Program-made: the position numbers and the translations under genes
In this document: positions 45,022 to 55,108 of the stretch, in pieces
Position numbering within the stretch: position 1 is the first letter of the stretch
How the letters are laid out: every line of letters starts with the position of its first letter
Assembly (NCBI GenBank): GCA_963802095.1
Contig: CAWDHI010000006.1
Span: 92,302-156,301 of the forward strand
DNA length: 64,000 nucleotides
DNA from: an uncultured Chloroflexia bacterium
GTDB lineage: Bacteria > Chloroflexota > Anaerolineae > Anaerolineales > Anaerolineaceae
Direction: 5' to 3'
Notes under the pieces: generated by a model
What the model was told of the DNA's origin: nothing
What the model saw: only the letters and a program-made list of their open reading frames with translations
Database searches by the model: none

Positions 45022-45048
45022 AAATGCCCGGGTAACCGGGTATTTCTT
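45022..45048 (+). terminator. candidate intrinsic terminator of the operon (AAATGCCCGG-GTAA-CCGGGTATTT, then CTTAT)
   Basis: 10-bp stem with one G-U. The T-tract is weak. Confidence 0.4.
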
Positions 45049-45161
45049 ATCAATCAACAGGTCATTTTTAGTCGTATCAGCAGCGACCAGTCTGACCTTA
45101 CAAAATATGATCTGCAATAAGAAAATTGAGTCGTTGTTTAAATTGTTTGAAAATCATTAGG

Positions 45162-45728
45162 CTATTCGAGAATTTCCAGATCACGGTTTTCCCCGGCAAG
45201 GTGCCTGGCAGTGTTCACGTTTCGCACGGTCATCAACTGGTAATGAGGATGTGAGATGATTTTGCTGAGGTGGCTTTTATTAAAATATTTTCGTTCGAGA
45301 TTCCAGATGACAGCTCCCGGTACGTAGCGCAGATCGATAAAATCCCGGTTCACCGGCAAATCAGAGAGGACATTTTCCGAATCAATCTCCGGGAAGAGGA
45401 AAGCCACATCGGTTCTTTGCTCCATATTGTTCTGCCAGGCGGGCGGGATAGCGCTAACGATCCTTAGCAATTCCATATCCGACTTTACCAGGGTGGGGAT
45501 CTCAAATCCTAATTCCTCTTTCAGGATGGTTTCCACCATCCTGCGGATTTCTTTAGCTTCCTGTTCGGCTTCAAATAATATATTCCCGGAGTTCAGGTAG
45601 GAGGAAACCCGGGTGTAACCGAGCCTCTCAAAAAGCTGCTTGAGTTTTCCCATCTCCACGCGGCGCAGGGTACCAGCGTTGATACCTCTCAAAAGGGCAA
45701 TATATCTCATTTTCATTGGTGAATTCAT
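45162..45728 (-). CDS. DUF1697 domain-containing protein
   Basis: ...MRYIALLRGINAGTLRRVEMGKLKQLFERLGYTRVSSYLNSGNILFE... is the typical DUF1697 N-terminus. Confidence 0.75.
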   Translation of the reverse strand: MNSPMKMRYIALLRGINAGTLRRVEMGKLKQLFERLGYTRVSSYLNSGNILFEAEQEAKEIRRMVETILKEELGFEIPTLVKSDMELLRIVSAIPPAWQNNMEQRTDVAFLFPEIDSENVLSDLPVNRDFIDLRYVPGAVIWNLERKYFNKSHLSKIISHPHYQLMTVRNVNTARHLAGENRDLEILE

Positions 45729-45871
45729 ATGTTCTATAACTATAATTTACCAAATGCTGTAAGCTGAAAATAAGTGCGAAACCCACCGAAAAAATGATGA
45801 AGGATAATCCACTCAACAGACGCCGTTTCGGGGAAAATATAAGAAAGCGCAAGGATCCGTCTCATACTAAA

Positions 45872-46727
45872 TTAAGTGGAACGCAATGTAATGAGAGTGA
45901 TCTCCGGCCGGCAGTTCCAGCGCAGCCAGACCACATTCACCCCCAGCCCGCGGTTGACGTGCAGGACCATATCCTTCACTTGGTAGGTGCCGGAGTAATA
46001 CTTCTTGAAGTAATTCCCACGGATGGGTACGCCCATAAAGGGAAGCGCCACCTGCCCGCCGTGTGAGTGACCGGAGAGCTGAAGGGCGAATCTGTCCGTC
46101 GCCGCGCCTGTGTCGGCGAAATCCGGCTCGTGCACCAGCAGGATTCCGGGCGTGGATGCCGGAGGGATCTTCAGCAAGACACCTTTCCAGGTGGTCGGCA
46201 TGCACCTTGACCGAATCCACCCCGGAGACCCACAACTCCGCTTTGCCCTTTTTGATCGAAACTGCGTCGTTGGCAAGGTCGGTGACCCCTGCCTGCTGCA
46301 GGATCTTACGCACCTTGCTGGCACCCGCCCAGTGATCGTGGTTGCCCAGCACCACCACCACGCCGTCTTTAGCTTTCAGGGCTTTCAGGTTCTCTGCTAG
46401 CGGAGTGGCGAAGCGCTCCAGATCGTAGGAGACCAGGTCGCCGGGGATGGCGATCAGATCCGGTTTGAGGTCGTTGACCATCCCGACCACGCCGGCAAGA
46501 CGCAGGGGGGTGAGCCACTGCCCGAGGTGAAGGTCGGCGATTACCGCCACCCGGTAGCCATCGAAAACCGGGTCCAGACCGCGAATATTCACGGTCAGGG
46601 GGACGATGTCGAAGGCTTTCGGGTTGAAGCCATCCCCGTGCACGTCTTCCAGGAAGCGCGCGGTGAGGAGCTGCACTTGGCGGCGCAGGTGGAAGTTCTT
46701 CTCGTTCAGTTCTCTTATTTCGGTCAT
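45872..46727 (-). CDS. metallophosphoesterase (YkuE/YaeI-like; one frame break near 46200)
   Basis: ...VAVIADLHLG..., ...IPGDLV..., ...VLGNHDHW..., then in another frame ...LLVHEPDFAD...LQLSGHSHGGQ... Confidence 0.75.
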
Positions 46728-46793
46728 TTTCCAACAATCCTTTTTTTTAGAATACCACAAGTGCATGAAATGCGGATAAAATCAAGCCCTGAT

Positions 46794-47558
46794 ATGGAAA
46801 AAAGCGCATTTTTCACCTCGAAGAACACCGTCGAAACCCAGAATGTGGATTTTCTGGGTCTATGGCGACCTTCGCGCATGTTGGAACACCTGATCGATAC
46901 CGCTTCGCGCCATGCTGCCGTCTTGGGTATAGCTATGAAGACCTTTTGTTCCAGAGCATCGTCTGGGTGCTCTCGCGGATAAATATCCATAGCTACCGTC
47001 GGCCAGCGATCGGGGAGCAGATCAACACCCGCACCTGGATCAAAGGCATCCAGCAGAAGCTTTTCTTCCTGCGGGATTTTGAGGTGAAGGATGCGCAGGG
47101 GGCAAAGGTCGCTTCCGCCTCTTTTGCCTGGCTGTTGATCGACCTCGAAAACCGCAGGATCCTGCCGGCTGCGTCCATGCGGGTGACTTTGCCCGACCCC
47201 CACGGCGAAAGCGCATTGGATGAACCGTTGGAGAAGATCAACGCCCCTTATGGTATGCCCGCGGTTTTTGTTGCCCCGGTCACCTATGGGATCGTGGATA
47301 TACTTGGGTCATGCCACCTCCGCACGCTATGTGGATTGGATCTTCGACTGCTTTCCGCTCGAAACCTACAAGCTGAAGGAGATCTCGCAGCTCAAGCTCA
47401 ATTTCGTCCACGAGATTCTGCCCGGCGAGCAGGTTTCCATTCGCGCGGCGCAGCAGGATGGCGCCAGCCCCGAAGCCTGGATGGTCGCCGGGGAAAATTT
47501 GAACACGGGGGAGCGGGCATTCGAGGCAGCAGTTTATTGGGACGGTTCTCCAAAATAA
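46794..47558 (+). CDS. acyl-ACP thioesterase family protein (two frame breaks)
   Basis: MEKSAFFTSKNTVETQNVDFLGLWRPSRMLEHL..., ...IVWVLSRINIHSYRRPAIGEQINTRTWIKG..., ...DILGHATSARYVDWIFDCFP... across three frames. Confidence 0.65.
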
Positions 47559-47633
47559 TCGTAAATATTTGTAAAGTGAGCAATACGATCCCACCAACCG
47601 GATTCCCGGCTGCGCGGGATTTGTTTTTTCCTG

Positions 47634-47655
47634 CAGAAATTGGTCAGAAATTGGT
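47634..47655. repeat. perfect tandem duplication of the 11-mer CAGAAATTGGT immediately upstream of the DeoR-gene promoter
   Basis: 47634-47644 and 47645-47655 are identical. Confidence 0.6.
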
Positions 47656-47657
47656 GC

Positions 47658-47686
47658 TTGAAAAACGACAATAAACGTGCAATAAT
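47658..47686 (+). promoter_or_regulatory. candidate promoter TTGAAA-17-AATAAT for the DeoR regulator/sugar locus
   Basis: Hexamers and spacer counted by hand. 34 nt upstream of the TTG start at 47720. Confidence 0.4.
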
Positions 47687-47719
47687 CATCATGAATATGA
47701 TTGATTATGAGCGATTAAA

Positions 47720-48520
47720 TTGAACACCCCAATCTCCAGCCAGGAACGCCAGAACGAGATCCTGCAGATTCTCCACCGCGGTCAGCGGATCAGCACGGAG
47801 GAGATCTGCATGCAATTTTCGGTCAGCGAGGCCACCGCCCGGCGGGACCTGGATACGCTCGCCCAGGCGGGCAAGATTCAGCGGGTGCACGGTGGGGCGA
47901 TCCTGCCTGCAAGCCTGCCTCCCGAGCCGCCCATTTTGCAGCGCCAGGATGAGCAATCGACCGAGAAAATGCGCATTGGAAAGGCGACTGCGGCGATCAT
48001 CAACGATGGCGAGACAGTTTTCCTTGGTTCCGGGTCCACCGTGCTTGAAGTGGCGCGCGCGCTGCGGGGTTGGAAAAAGCTCACCGTGATAACCAACTCG
48101 CTCCCGGTCATCAATGCCCTTGCCGGGGCGGAGGGGATCAGCTTAGTGTGCCTGGGGGGTATGCTGCGTGAGAGTGAGTTTTCCTTCATCGGGCACATCA
48201 CCGAGCAATCACTGGGCGAAGTCCGGGCGGATAAGGTGGTAATGGGTACCCGCGCCATCAGCCTGGAACATGGGCTGACCCACGAGTACCTGCCTGAAAC
48301 TCTTACCGACCGGGCGATCCTGAAATCCGGGAAAGAGGTCCTAATCGTCGCCGACCACACCAAATTCGGGCAGGAGGCGACTGTGCTGCTTGCACCTCTT
48401 TCGGCCATCCACACCATCATCACTGATGATCAGATCCCCGCGGATTTTCTGAAAGCCGCCCGTAAGTCCGGCATCCGGGTTGTCACTGCTGTAAAGAGAA
48501 TGAGGAATTATGGATCTTGA
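47720..48520 (+). CDS. DeoR/GlpR family transcriptional regulator
   Basis: ...QERQNEILQILHRGQRISTEEICMQFSVSEATARRDLDTLAQAGKIQRVHGGA... plus a sugar-phosphate-binding C-terminal domain. Confidence 0.9.
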   Translation: MNTPISSQERQNEILQILHRGQRISTEEICMQFSVSEATARRDLDTLAQAGKIQRVHGGAILPASLPPEPPILQRQDEQSTEKMRIGKATAAIINDGETVFLGSGSTVLEVARALRGWKKLTVITNSLPVINALAGAEGISLVCLGGMLRESEFSFIGHITEQSLGEVRADKVVMGTRAISLEHGLTHEYLPETLTDRAILKSGKEVLIVADHTKFGQEATVLLAPLSAIHTIITDDQIPADFLKAARKSGIRVVTAVKRMRNYGS

Positions 48521-49551
48521 GCATTACTTTCCCGCAATCCAAGTTGGTTGTCCCGCAAAGCGAGGTTCTAAAACCCCGCTTCCCGGCCATTGACGCGCAC
48601 AACCACCTGGGCGAGGAATTCGGGGGAGGGTGGGAAAACCAGCCTTTCGAGGAGCTGATCGCCCTGCTGGATGAAGCCGGAATCTTGCGCTACGTCGATC
48701 TGGATGGCGGTTGGGGGGAAGAGATCCTCAATCATCATTTGAATTTATTTAAACAACGCGCCCCGCAGCGCTTCCAGGTCTTTGGCGGGGTGGATTGGTC
48801 CAAATGGGGCGAGATGGGTAACCAATTCCCCGAATGGGTGGCCGGGCGGCTGCGCGCGCAAAAGGAGCGCGGGGCGGAAGGCTTGAAGATCTGGAAGCCC
48901 TTCGGGCTGCACGTAAAGGATCACACCGGCAGCCTGGTGAATGTGGATGACCCACGTCTTGACCCCATCTGGCAAACCGCAGGGGAGTTGGGGTTGCCGG
49001 TGATGATCCACGTAGCGGACCCGGTGGCTTTCTTTGAACCGATCAATGAAACCAACGAACGCTGGGAGGAGTTGGGCGTTCACCCGGACTGGGCGTTCAC
49101 CAGCCCGCCCTTCCCGCCGTTCAACCACATCATCGAGGGGCTTGCAAATCTCGTCACCCGCCACATCCATACGACCTTCATCGGCGCGCACGTAGGCTGT
49201 TACGCGGAGAACCTGGCCTGGGTGGGAGATCTGCTTGAAAGCGCTGCCCGAACTTTCTATGTGGATATCTCCGGGCGAATCGGCGAGCTCGGCCGGCAGC
49301 CTTACACTGCGCGGAAATTCTTCCTGCGGTATGCCGACAGGATCCTTTTCGGCTCGGATATGGGGCCTTTCCCGGAAGGTTACAAGATCATCTACCGCTT
49401 CCTGGAAACGGAAGACGAGTATTTCAATTACAACCTGACTCCCAACCCCGCCCAGGGGCGCTGGTACGCCTACGGGATCAATCTGCCCGAGGATATTTTG
49501 AAAAAGGTCTATTTTGAAAATGCAGCCCGGGTACTGGGAAACCCGCGCTAG
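48517..49551 (+). CDS. amidohydrolase-family (TIM-barrel metal-dependent hydrolase) protein
   Basis: ...FPAIDAHNHLG...MIHVADP...IGAHVG...FGSDMG... fits an Amidohydro_2-like pattern. Confidence 0.7.
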   Translation: MSITFPQSKLVVPQSEVLKPRFPAIDAHNHLGEEFGGGWENQPFEELIALLDEAGILRYVDLDGGWGEEILNHHLNLFKQRAPQRFQVFGGVDWSKWGEMGNQFPEWVAGRLRAQKERGAEGLKIWKPFGLHVKDHTGSLVNVDDPRLDPIWQTAGELGLPVMIHVADPVAFFEPINETNERWEELGVHPDWAFTSPPFPPFNHIIEGLANLVTRHIHTTFIGAHVGCYAENLAWVGDLLESAARTFYVDISGRIGELGRQPYTARKFFLRYADRILFGSDMGPFPEGYKIIYRFLETEDEYFNYNLTPNPAQGRWYAYGINLPEDILKKVYFENAARVLGNPR

Positions 49552-49580
49552 AAACTCATAAAAAAGGATTGGATAGCACT

Positions 49581-50606
49581 ATGGACTGGAAACAAACATA
49601 CACCTGGCAGGAGATCCAATCACAACCGGAGGCATGGAGTGCGGCGTTGAAGAAACTCCATGAATATTCTCTCGATCCAAGCGCAAGCAAACCGGTGAGC
49701 GGTGATGTGATCTTCACGGGCTGCGGATCGACCTATTACCTGGCGCTTTCCGCGGCGGCGGTGACCCAAGGCTTGACCGGTCTGACCTGCCGGGCGCTGC
49801 CTGCCTCGGAGCTCTGGCTGAATCCCAAATCCGCGTACCCTCAGGAAAAAACCACCCTTATCGCGATTTCGCGTTCCGGGGAAACCACCGAGACCCTCAA
49901 TGCCTGCCGGGCTTTTCTGGAAGATAAACGGGGGAACCTGTTGACCTTCTCCTGCTATGCCGATCATCCGTTGGCGAAGATGGGCGGGCTGAACATCGTG
50001 CTCGATTCCGCCCAGGAGAGATCGGTGGCGCAAACGCGCGCGTTTTCCACGCTTTTCCTGGGCACCCTGGCGCTGGCCATCCACTGGTTAGGTAAGGAGG
50101 AGCTCATATCCGAACTGGCACAGCTGCCGGAAGCGGCTAAGAAGGTGCTTGAAAAAAGCGCGGCACTTACTGAGGAACTGGGTAGAGATCAAAGCGCCGA
50201 CCGTTTTTACTGGCTGGGCAGCGGGCTGCGCTACGGGTTGGCAAGCGAAGCAAGCTTGAAAATGAAAGAGATGAGCCTCACCCACAGCGAGCCGTTCCAC
50301 TTCCTGGAATTCCGCCACGGACCGAAGAGCATGGTAACCCCGTCTGCCCGCGTGATCGGGCTGGTTTCCTCAGCGAATGCTGCCCGGGAAAAGGAGGTTT
50401 TGGAAGAAATGAAGGAACTGGGAGGGAGGATTGTGAGCGTCTCGGAGAAGGATGCGGAACTTGCGTTTGAATCCGGACTGGGAGAACCCATCCACGATAT
50501 CCTTTTCCTGCCGGTAGCGCAGTCCATCGCATTTCACAGGTCGATTTCAAAAGGGTTAAACCCGGATCTACCCACAAACCTGGATCCGGTGGTCAAACTT
50601 TCATAA
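49581..50606 (+). CDS. SIS-domain sugar-phosphate isomerase/deglycase (AgaS/FrlB/GlmS-C-like)
   Basis: ...VIFTGCGSTYYLALSAA...LIAISRSGETTETL... and a second SIS half ...YWLGSGLRYGLASEASLKMKEMS... Confidence 0.8.
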   Translation: MDWKQTYTWQEIQSQPEAWSAALKKLHEYSLDPSASKPVSGDVIFTGCGSTYYLALSAAAVTQGLTGLTCRALPASELWLNPKSAYPQEKTTLIAISRSGETTETLNACRAFLEDKRGNLLTFSCYADHPLAKMGGLNIVLDSAQERSVAQTRAFSTLFLGTLALAIHWLGKEELISELAQLPEAAKKVLEKSAALTEELGRDQSADRFYWLGSGLRYGLASEASLKMKEMSLTHSEPFHFLEFRHGPKSMVTPSARVIGLVSSANAAREKEVLEEMKELGGRIVSVSEKDAELAFESGLGEPIHDILFLPVAQSIAFHRSISKGLNPDLPTNLDPVVKLS

Positions 50607-50616
50607 GGAGGAAGAA

Positions 50617-51897
50617 ATGAAGAAGTTTGTGTTTCCCGTATTACTGGTGGTTGTTGTAATGTTGACCGCTTGCGGTGGAAAAACCGCCGCTCCGGCCAGC
50701 GGTGAGCCGGTGGCGATCACATTCAGCGCATGGGGTGCCCCTGAGGAGCTGGCGGTCTGGAAGCAGATCGTCTCCGATTTTGAGGCAGCCAATCCCGGTA
50801 TCAAGGTCAATGTGGAAGTCTCCGACTGGGATGCGTATTGGGATAAGCTCAAGACCCAACTGGCAGCCAATACTCCCCCGGATGTCTTCGCGATGGATGC
50901 TCCGCTGTTCCTGGATTACCAGACCCGCGGCGTCCTGGCGAACTTGCAGCCGTATATTGATAAAAACCCCGATATGCTGAAAGATGTTTATCCTCAGACC
51001 CTTGAAGCCTATAAAACGGCGGACGGGTATTACGGAATGCCGCGCGATTTCCAGACCATCGTGCTTTTCTACAACAAGGATATGTTCGATGCCGCCGGGG
51101 TTGCATACCCCACCGCGGATTGGACCTGGGATGACCTGCGGGCTGCTGCCAAGAAACTGACCCTGGATACCAATGGGGATGGCACCATCGAACAGTACGG
51201 CTTCGTCTTTGACCAGTGGGATATGGAACCCGGGTGGAGCCAGGCATTATGGTCCCACGGTGGTGATGTAATCAGTTCAGATCATACGAAAACCCTGGTG
51301 GGTGAACCAGCCTCCCGAAAGGGCTGGCAGACACTTTACGATATGGTTTTCGTGGATAAATCCTCCCCGGATGCCAACACGATCGGCCAATATGGCCTCG
51401 ATCTTTTCCAGGCCAAGATTGCTGCCATGACCCCATTGGGTCACTGGGTAGTTCCAGGGTATAACGAGGCCGGGTTCGCGTACGATGCCGCACCCATGCC
51501 AGCCGGAGAGGCGGGTCACGCAACCAGTGTCAATAGCGCCGGGTTCGTGGTTGCCAATGCAAGCAAGAACCAGGAAGCGGCTTTCGAATTCATCAAGTAC
51601 GTGATGAGCGAGAAAGGCCAAACTCGCTTGACAGAGCTCGGTTTCGCTATTCCGATCCTAAAATCCGTTGCCGAAAGCCCGGTCTTCTTGGAGCAAAAGG
51701 GTTCTGACCTTAATCAGCAGGTTTTCCTGGATTCGCTTGCTTTTTCCCACATGAAACCCGTATTCAAGGGGTATGACGAGTGGGCTGCTGTCGTGGGAGA
51801 TGGCATGGGCGCTGTTTGGCGCGGCGAAGCAGAACTTAACAAAACCCTGGATGAGATCGTCCCACTTGCGGACGAAGTCCTGGCGAAGAACAAATAA
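50617..51897 (+). CDS. ABC sugar transporter, extracellular solute-binding lipoprotein
   Basis: Lipobox [11 protein letters not shown]. Family-1 SBP features ...[34 protein letters not shown]... Confidence 0.9.
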   Translation: MKKFVFPVLLVVVVMLTACGGKTAAPASGEPVAITFSAWGAPEELAVWKQIVSDFEAANPGIKVNVEVSDWDAYWDKLKTQLAANTPPDVFAMDAPLFLDYQTRGVLANLQPYIDKNPDMLKDVYPQTLEAYKTADGYYGMPRDFQTIVLFYNKDMFDAAGVAYPTADWTWDDLRAAAKKLTLDTNGDGTIEQYGFVFDQWDMEPGWSQALWSHGGDVISSDHTKTLVGEPASRKGWQTLYDMVFVDKSSPDANTIGQYGLDLFQAKIAAMTPLGHWVVPGYNEAGFAYDAAPMPAGEAGHATSVNSAGFVVANASKNQEAAFEFIKYVMSEKGQTRLTELGFAIPILKSVAESPVFLEQKGSDLNQQVFLDSLAFSHMKPVFKGYDEWAAVVGDGMGAVWRGEAELNKTLDEIVPLADEVLAKNK

Positions 51898-51958
51898 TCC
51901 GATCATAATTTTTCCCCTACCCCTATGACACTAGGGGTAGGGGAAATTATAGACAACC

Positions 51959-52846
51959 ATGGATGCAGGAATCAAACCTCTCGGTAGGGAAAAGATCACG
52001 CTTTGGCTGATGCTCGCGCCAACCCTCCTCGGGTTGGTAATCGGTGTGCTTGGGTCCATCGTAGCAACGGTGGCACTGAGCTTTACGCATTGGGATCTGC
52101 TTACCCCGCCGACCTGGGCTGGGTTGGAGAATTATGCTGCGCTTTTCAATGATGCGAAGCTCTGGCTGGCACTTACCAACACAATTAAGTTCAGCTTATT
52201 GTATGTTCCTGCGGTTGTGATCGTTTCGATGTTCATAGCGATATTGCTCAATCGCAAGATACGGGGAGTCTCGATCTTCCGCACGATCTATTTCCTGCCG
52301 GCAGTAACCTCAGCGGTTGCGACTGCCCTGGTGTGGAACATGATCTATGGTAAGGATACAGGCATTCTGAATTTCATCATTGAAAAACTGGGCGGGCAAG
52401 GTGTGTGCTGGTTATGCACCGACAATGTCCTGGTTGCCTTGATTATCGTAAACGTCTGGGGGGCGGTGGGGGAGGGAATGATCATTTTCCTTGCCGGCCT
52501 GACCACCATCCCGAAGGAATATTATGAAGCCTCTCAGCTGGACGGGGCAGGCGGGTCTTCTCAGTTTTTTCGAATTACCCTGCCGCTGGTTACCCCAAGT
52601 ATTTTCTTCATGACACTCATTGCAACCATTAATGCCTTCCAGGCATATGACTATATTTACATGCTCACCCGCCGGGGGCATGGAGACAGCTCTTTTCCGG
52701 TCGTTGTCTACTCGATCTACCGGAATGCTTGGAATTTCTTCAATTATGGCGGCGCAAGCGCCCAGGCTATCGAACTGGCATTATTTGTCATTATTCTGAT
52801 GGGTTTTTATCTCTGGCTTGAGAAACGATATGTGGTGTATGAATGA
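51959..52846 (+). CDS. carbohydrate ABC transporter permease (MalF-type)
   Basis: 6 TM. EAA loop ...EYYEASQLDGAGGSSQFFRITLPL... Confidence 0.9.
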   Translation: MDAGIKPLGREKITLWLMLAPTLLGLVIGVLGSIVATVALSFTHWDLLTPPTWAGLENYAALFNDAKLWLALTNTIKFSLLYVPAVVIVSMFIAILLNRKIRGVSIFRTIYFLPAVTSAVATALVWNMIYGKDTGILNFIIEKLGGQGVCWLCTDNVLVALIIVNVWGAVGEGMIIFLAGLTTIPKEYYEASQLDGAGGSSQFFRITLPLVTPSIFFMTLIATINAFQAYDYIYMLTRRGHGDSSFPVVVYSIYRNAWNFFNYGGASAQAIELALFVIILMGFYLWLEKRYVVYE

Positions 52847-52855
52847 GGCAGGTTT

Positions 52856-53695
52856 GTGAATAGAAAACAACAAAAAGCATTCTTAGATTTTGTGACCTAT
52901 GTTTTGCTTATCATTGGAGCGGTGATTATGATGGGTCCGTTCCTGTGGATGGTATCGACTTCATTTAAATTGCCTGCTGACCAGTTTACCCGCACCCTCA
53001 TCCCACCTACCTGGACACTTCAGAATTTTAAAGAACTTTTTGGCGTGGATATCAATTTCGTGCTGCTGTTTTTTAACAGCGTTTATATTTCCGTATTGAT
53101 CACGATAGGCACCCTTTTTACCTGCTCGATGGCTGCTTTTTGTTTCGCGGTGGTTAGGTTCAGAGGCAGAAATACGTTGTTCGTGATCCTTTTAATAACG
53201 CTGATGATCCCAGCTCAGGTAACCCTGATCCCCAATTTTATTGTGTTTCGGTACCTGGGAGTGGTGGGCACGAGCATCCCACTCTGGCTGCCGGCATTCA
53301 TGGGAGGTGCTTTCGGGATCTTCCTGATGCGACAGTATTTCCTGACCATCCCGAAAGATTTTGTGGATGCCGCCCGTATGGATGGAGCCTCCCTGTTCCA
53401 GATTTTTTGGAAAATTTATATGCCCCTGGCGAAACCTGCCCTGGCCGCCCTGGCGATATTTACTTTTCAAGGCGCATGGAATGACCTGCTCCACCCGTTG
53501 GTGTATATGCCCGCAGTACCGAATACCACCCTGACTGTCGGGCTGGCGTTCTTCCAGCAACAATTGACCACGGGTGGAAAATTTACAGTCCTGATGGCAG
53601 GTGCTTTGATCAGCATCCTGCCGTTGGTGATTGTGTTTTTCTTCGCGCAAAAACAATTTATTGAAGGGATCTCGCTCAGCGGGGTCAAGCGCTAG
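52856..53695 (+). CDS. carbohydrate ABC transporter permease (MalG-type)
   Basis: ...[29 protein letters not shown]... Confidence 0.9.
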   Translation: MNRKQQKAFLDFVTYVLLIIGAVIMMGPFLWMVSTSFKLPADQFTRTLIPPTWTLQNFKELFGVDINFVLLFFNSVYISVLITIGTLFTCSMAAFCFAVVRFRGRNTLFVILLITLMIPAQVTLIPNFIVFRYLGVVGTSIPLWLPAFMGGAFGIFLMRQYFLTIPKDFVDAARMDGASLFQIFWKIYMPLAKPALAALAIFTFQGAWNDLLHPLVYMPAVPNTTLTVGLAFFQQQLTTGGKFTVLMAGALISILPLVIVFFFAQKQFIEGISLSGVKR

Positions 53696-53751
53696 CAGGT
53701 TTAATAAGAGTAAAATATTTTGATCACCCAGATATTTCCAAGGAGAGACTC

Positions 53752-55083
53752 ATGACCAAGATCGCATTCATAGGAGCAGGCAGCCTGGGATTCACCGCCG
53801 GGCTGGTGCGGGATATCCTAACCTTTCCGCTGCTGGCAGATTCGCACATCGCACTGATGGATATTGATACCGAACGGCTTGAATTTGCACATCAATCGGT
53901 GAAGAAATTGATCGAAGCCGGGAATTACCCTGCCACAGTAACCGCCACCCTTGACCGGGTGGAAGCCATGCGGGATGCTGATTTTGTCCTGACTACGATC
54001 CTGACCGGGAGTACCGAGGTGTGGCGATACGATATTGAGATCCCCAAGAAATATGGGGTGGATATCAATGTCGGGGATACCCGCGGACCAAGCGGGATAT
54101 TCCGCTTTCTGCGAACCCTGCCGCCGATGATGGATATCGTCCGGGATATGGAGCGGGTTTGCCCGAACGCAGTTCTGCTCAATTACACCAACCCGATGGC
54201 CATGCTGTGCGGAGCGCTACAAAGACAGACTCACATTCCGGTTACAGGTTTGTGCCACTCGGTGCAGGGCACGGCCATGATGCTGGCTGCCTGGATCGGG
54301 GCTGAATATGAAAATATTGATTACCTGTGCGCAGGGATAAATCACCAGGCGTTCTACCTCAAGTTCGAGGAAAAAGGGGTGGACCTCTACCCGCGCATTC
54401 ACAAGGCGATCACAGAAGATGCGGATGTCTACAACGAGGAGCAGGTACGGAACGAGATGTACCTGGCGTTGGGGTATTACGTGACCGAATCGAGTGGGCA
54501 TAATTCGGAATACAACTGGTGGTTCCGCAAACGCCCCGACCTGATCGAAAAATACTGCACCCATGGGACCGGCTGGAATCCAGGAGAATATGCCTATATT
54601 CTGAAGGAGTACCAGAACACAGAGAAAACGTGGAAAAACGATGTGCGCGTGGAACTGGCCAAAGAAGTTTCCGGTTCCGACCTCGACCGCGGGCTGGAGT
54701 ACGCTGCCTATATCATCAACGCAATGATGGGCGGTGATCCATTCAAATTCAATGGCAATGTACCCAACACCGAATTGATCACGAATTTGCCCCGGGGTGC
54801 CTGCGTGGAAGTGCCTGTCTATGTGGATAGGAGCGGGATTCATCCCATGCACGTGGGAGATCTGCCTCCCCAGTGTGCCCTGCTTACCGGGCTTTCGAGT
54901 GGGATCGAGGAAATGGTAATCACAGCTGCGTTAACCGGTGACCCAGTGATGGTTTACCGCGCCATTTGCCATGATCCATTAACTGCGGCGGTGCTTTCTC
55001 TGGCCGAGATCCGCGAGATGACCAATGAATTGTTTGCCTGTCATAAGGAATATTTGCCGGAGTTTAAAACCCACAAGGTTTAA
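53752..55083 (+). CDS. glycoside hydrolase family 4 (NAD/Mn-dependent alpha-glucosidase/alpha-galactosidase)
   Basis: [15 protein letters not shown]...[10 protein letters not shown]...GLCHSVQGT...AGINHQAF... Confidence 0.85.
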   Translation: MTKIAFIGAGSLGFTAGLVRDILTFPLLADSHIALMDIDTERLEFAHQSVKKLIEAGNYPATVTATLDRVEAMRDADFVLTTILTGSTEVWRYDIEIPKKYGVDINVGDTRGPSGIFRFLRTLPPMMDIVRDMERVCPNAVLLNYTNPMAMLCGALQRQTHIPVTGLCHSVQGTAMMLAAWIGAEYENIDYLCAGINHQAFYLKFEEKGVDLYPRIHKAITEDADVYNEEQVRNEMYLALGYYVTESSGHNSEYNWWFRKRPDLIEKYCTHGTGWNPGEYAYILKEYQNTEKTWKNDVRVELAKEVSGSDLDRGLEYAAYIINAMMGGDPFKFNGNVPNTELITNLPRGACVEVPVYVDRSGIHPMHVGDLPPQCALLTGLSSGIEEMVITAALTGDPVMVYRAICHDPLTAAVLSLAEIREMTNELFACHKEYLPEFKTHKV

Positions 55084-55108
55084 TAGGATCACAAAGAATG
55101 GGACTAGG

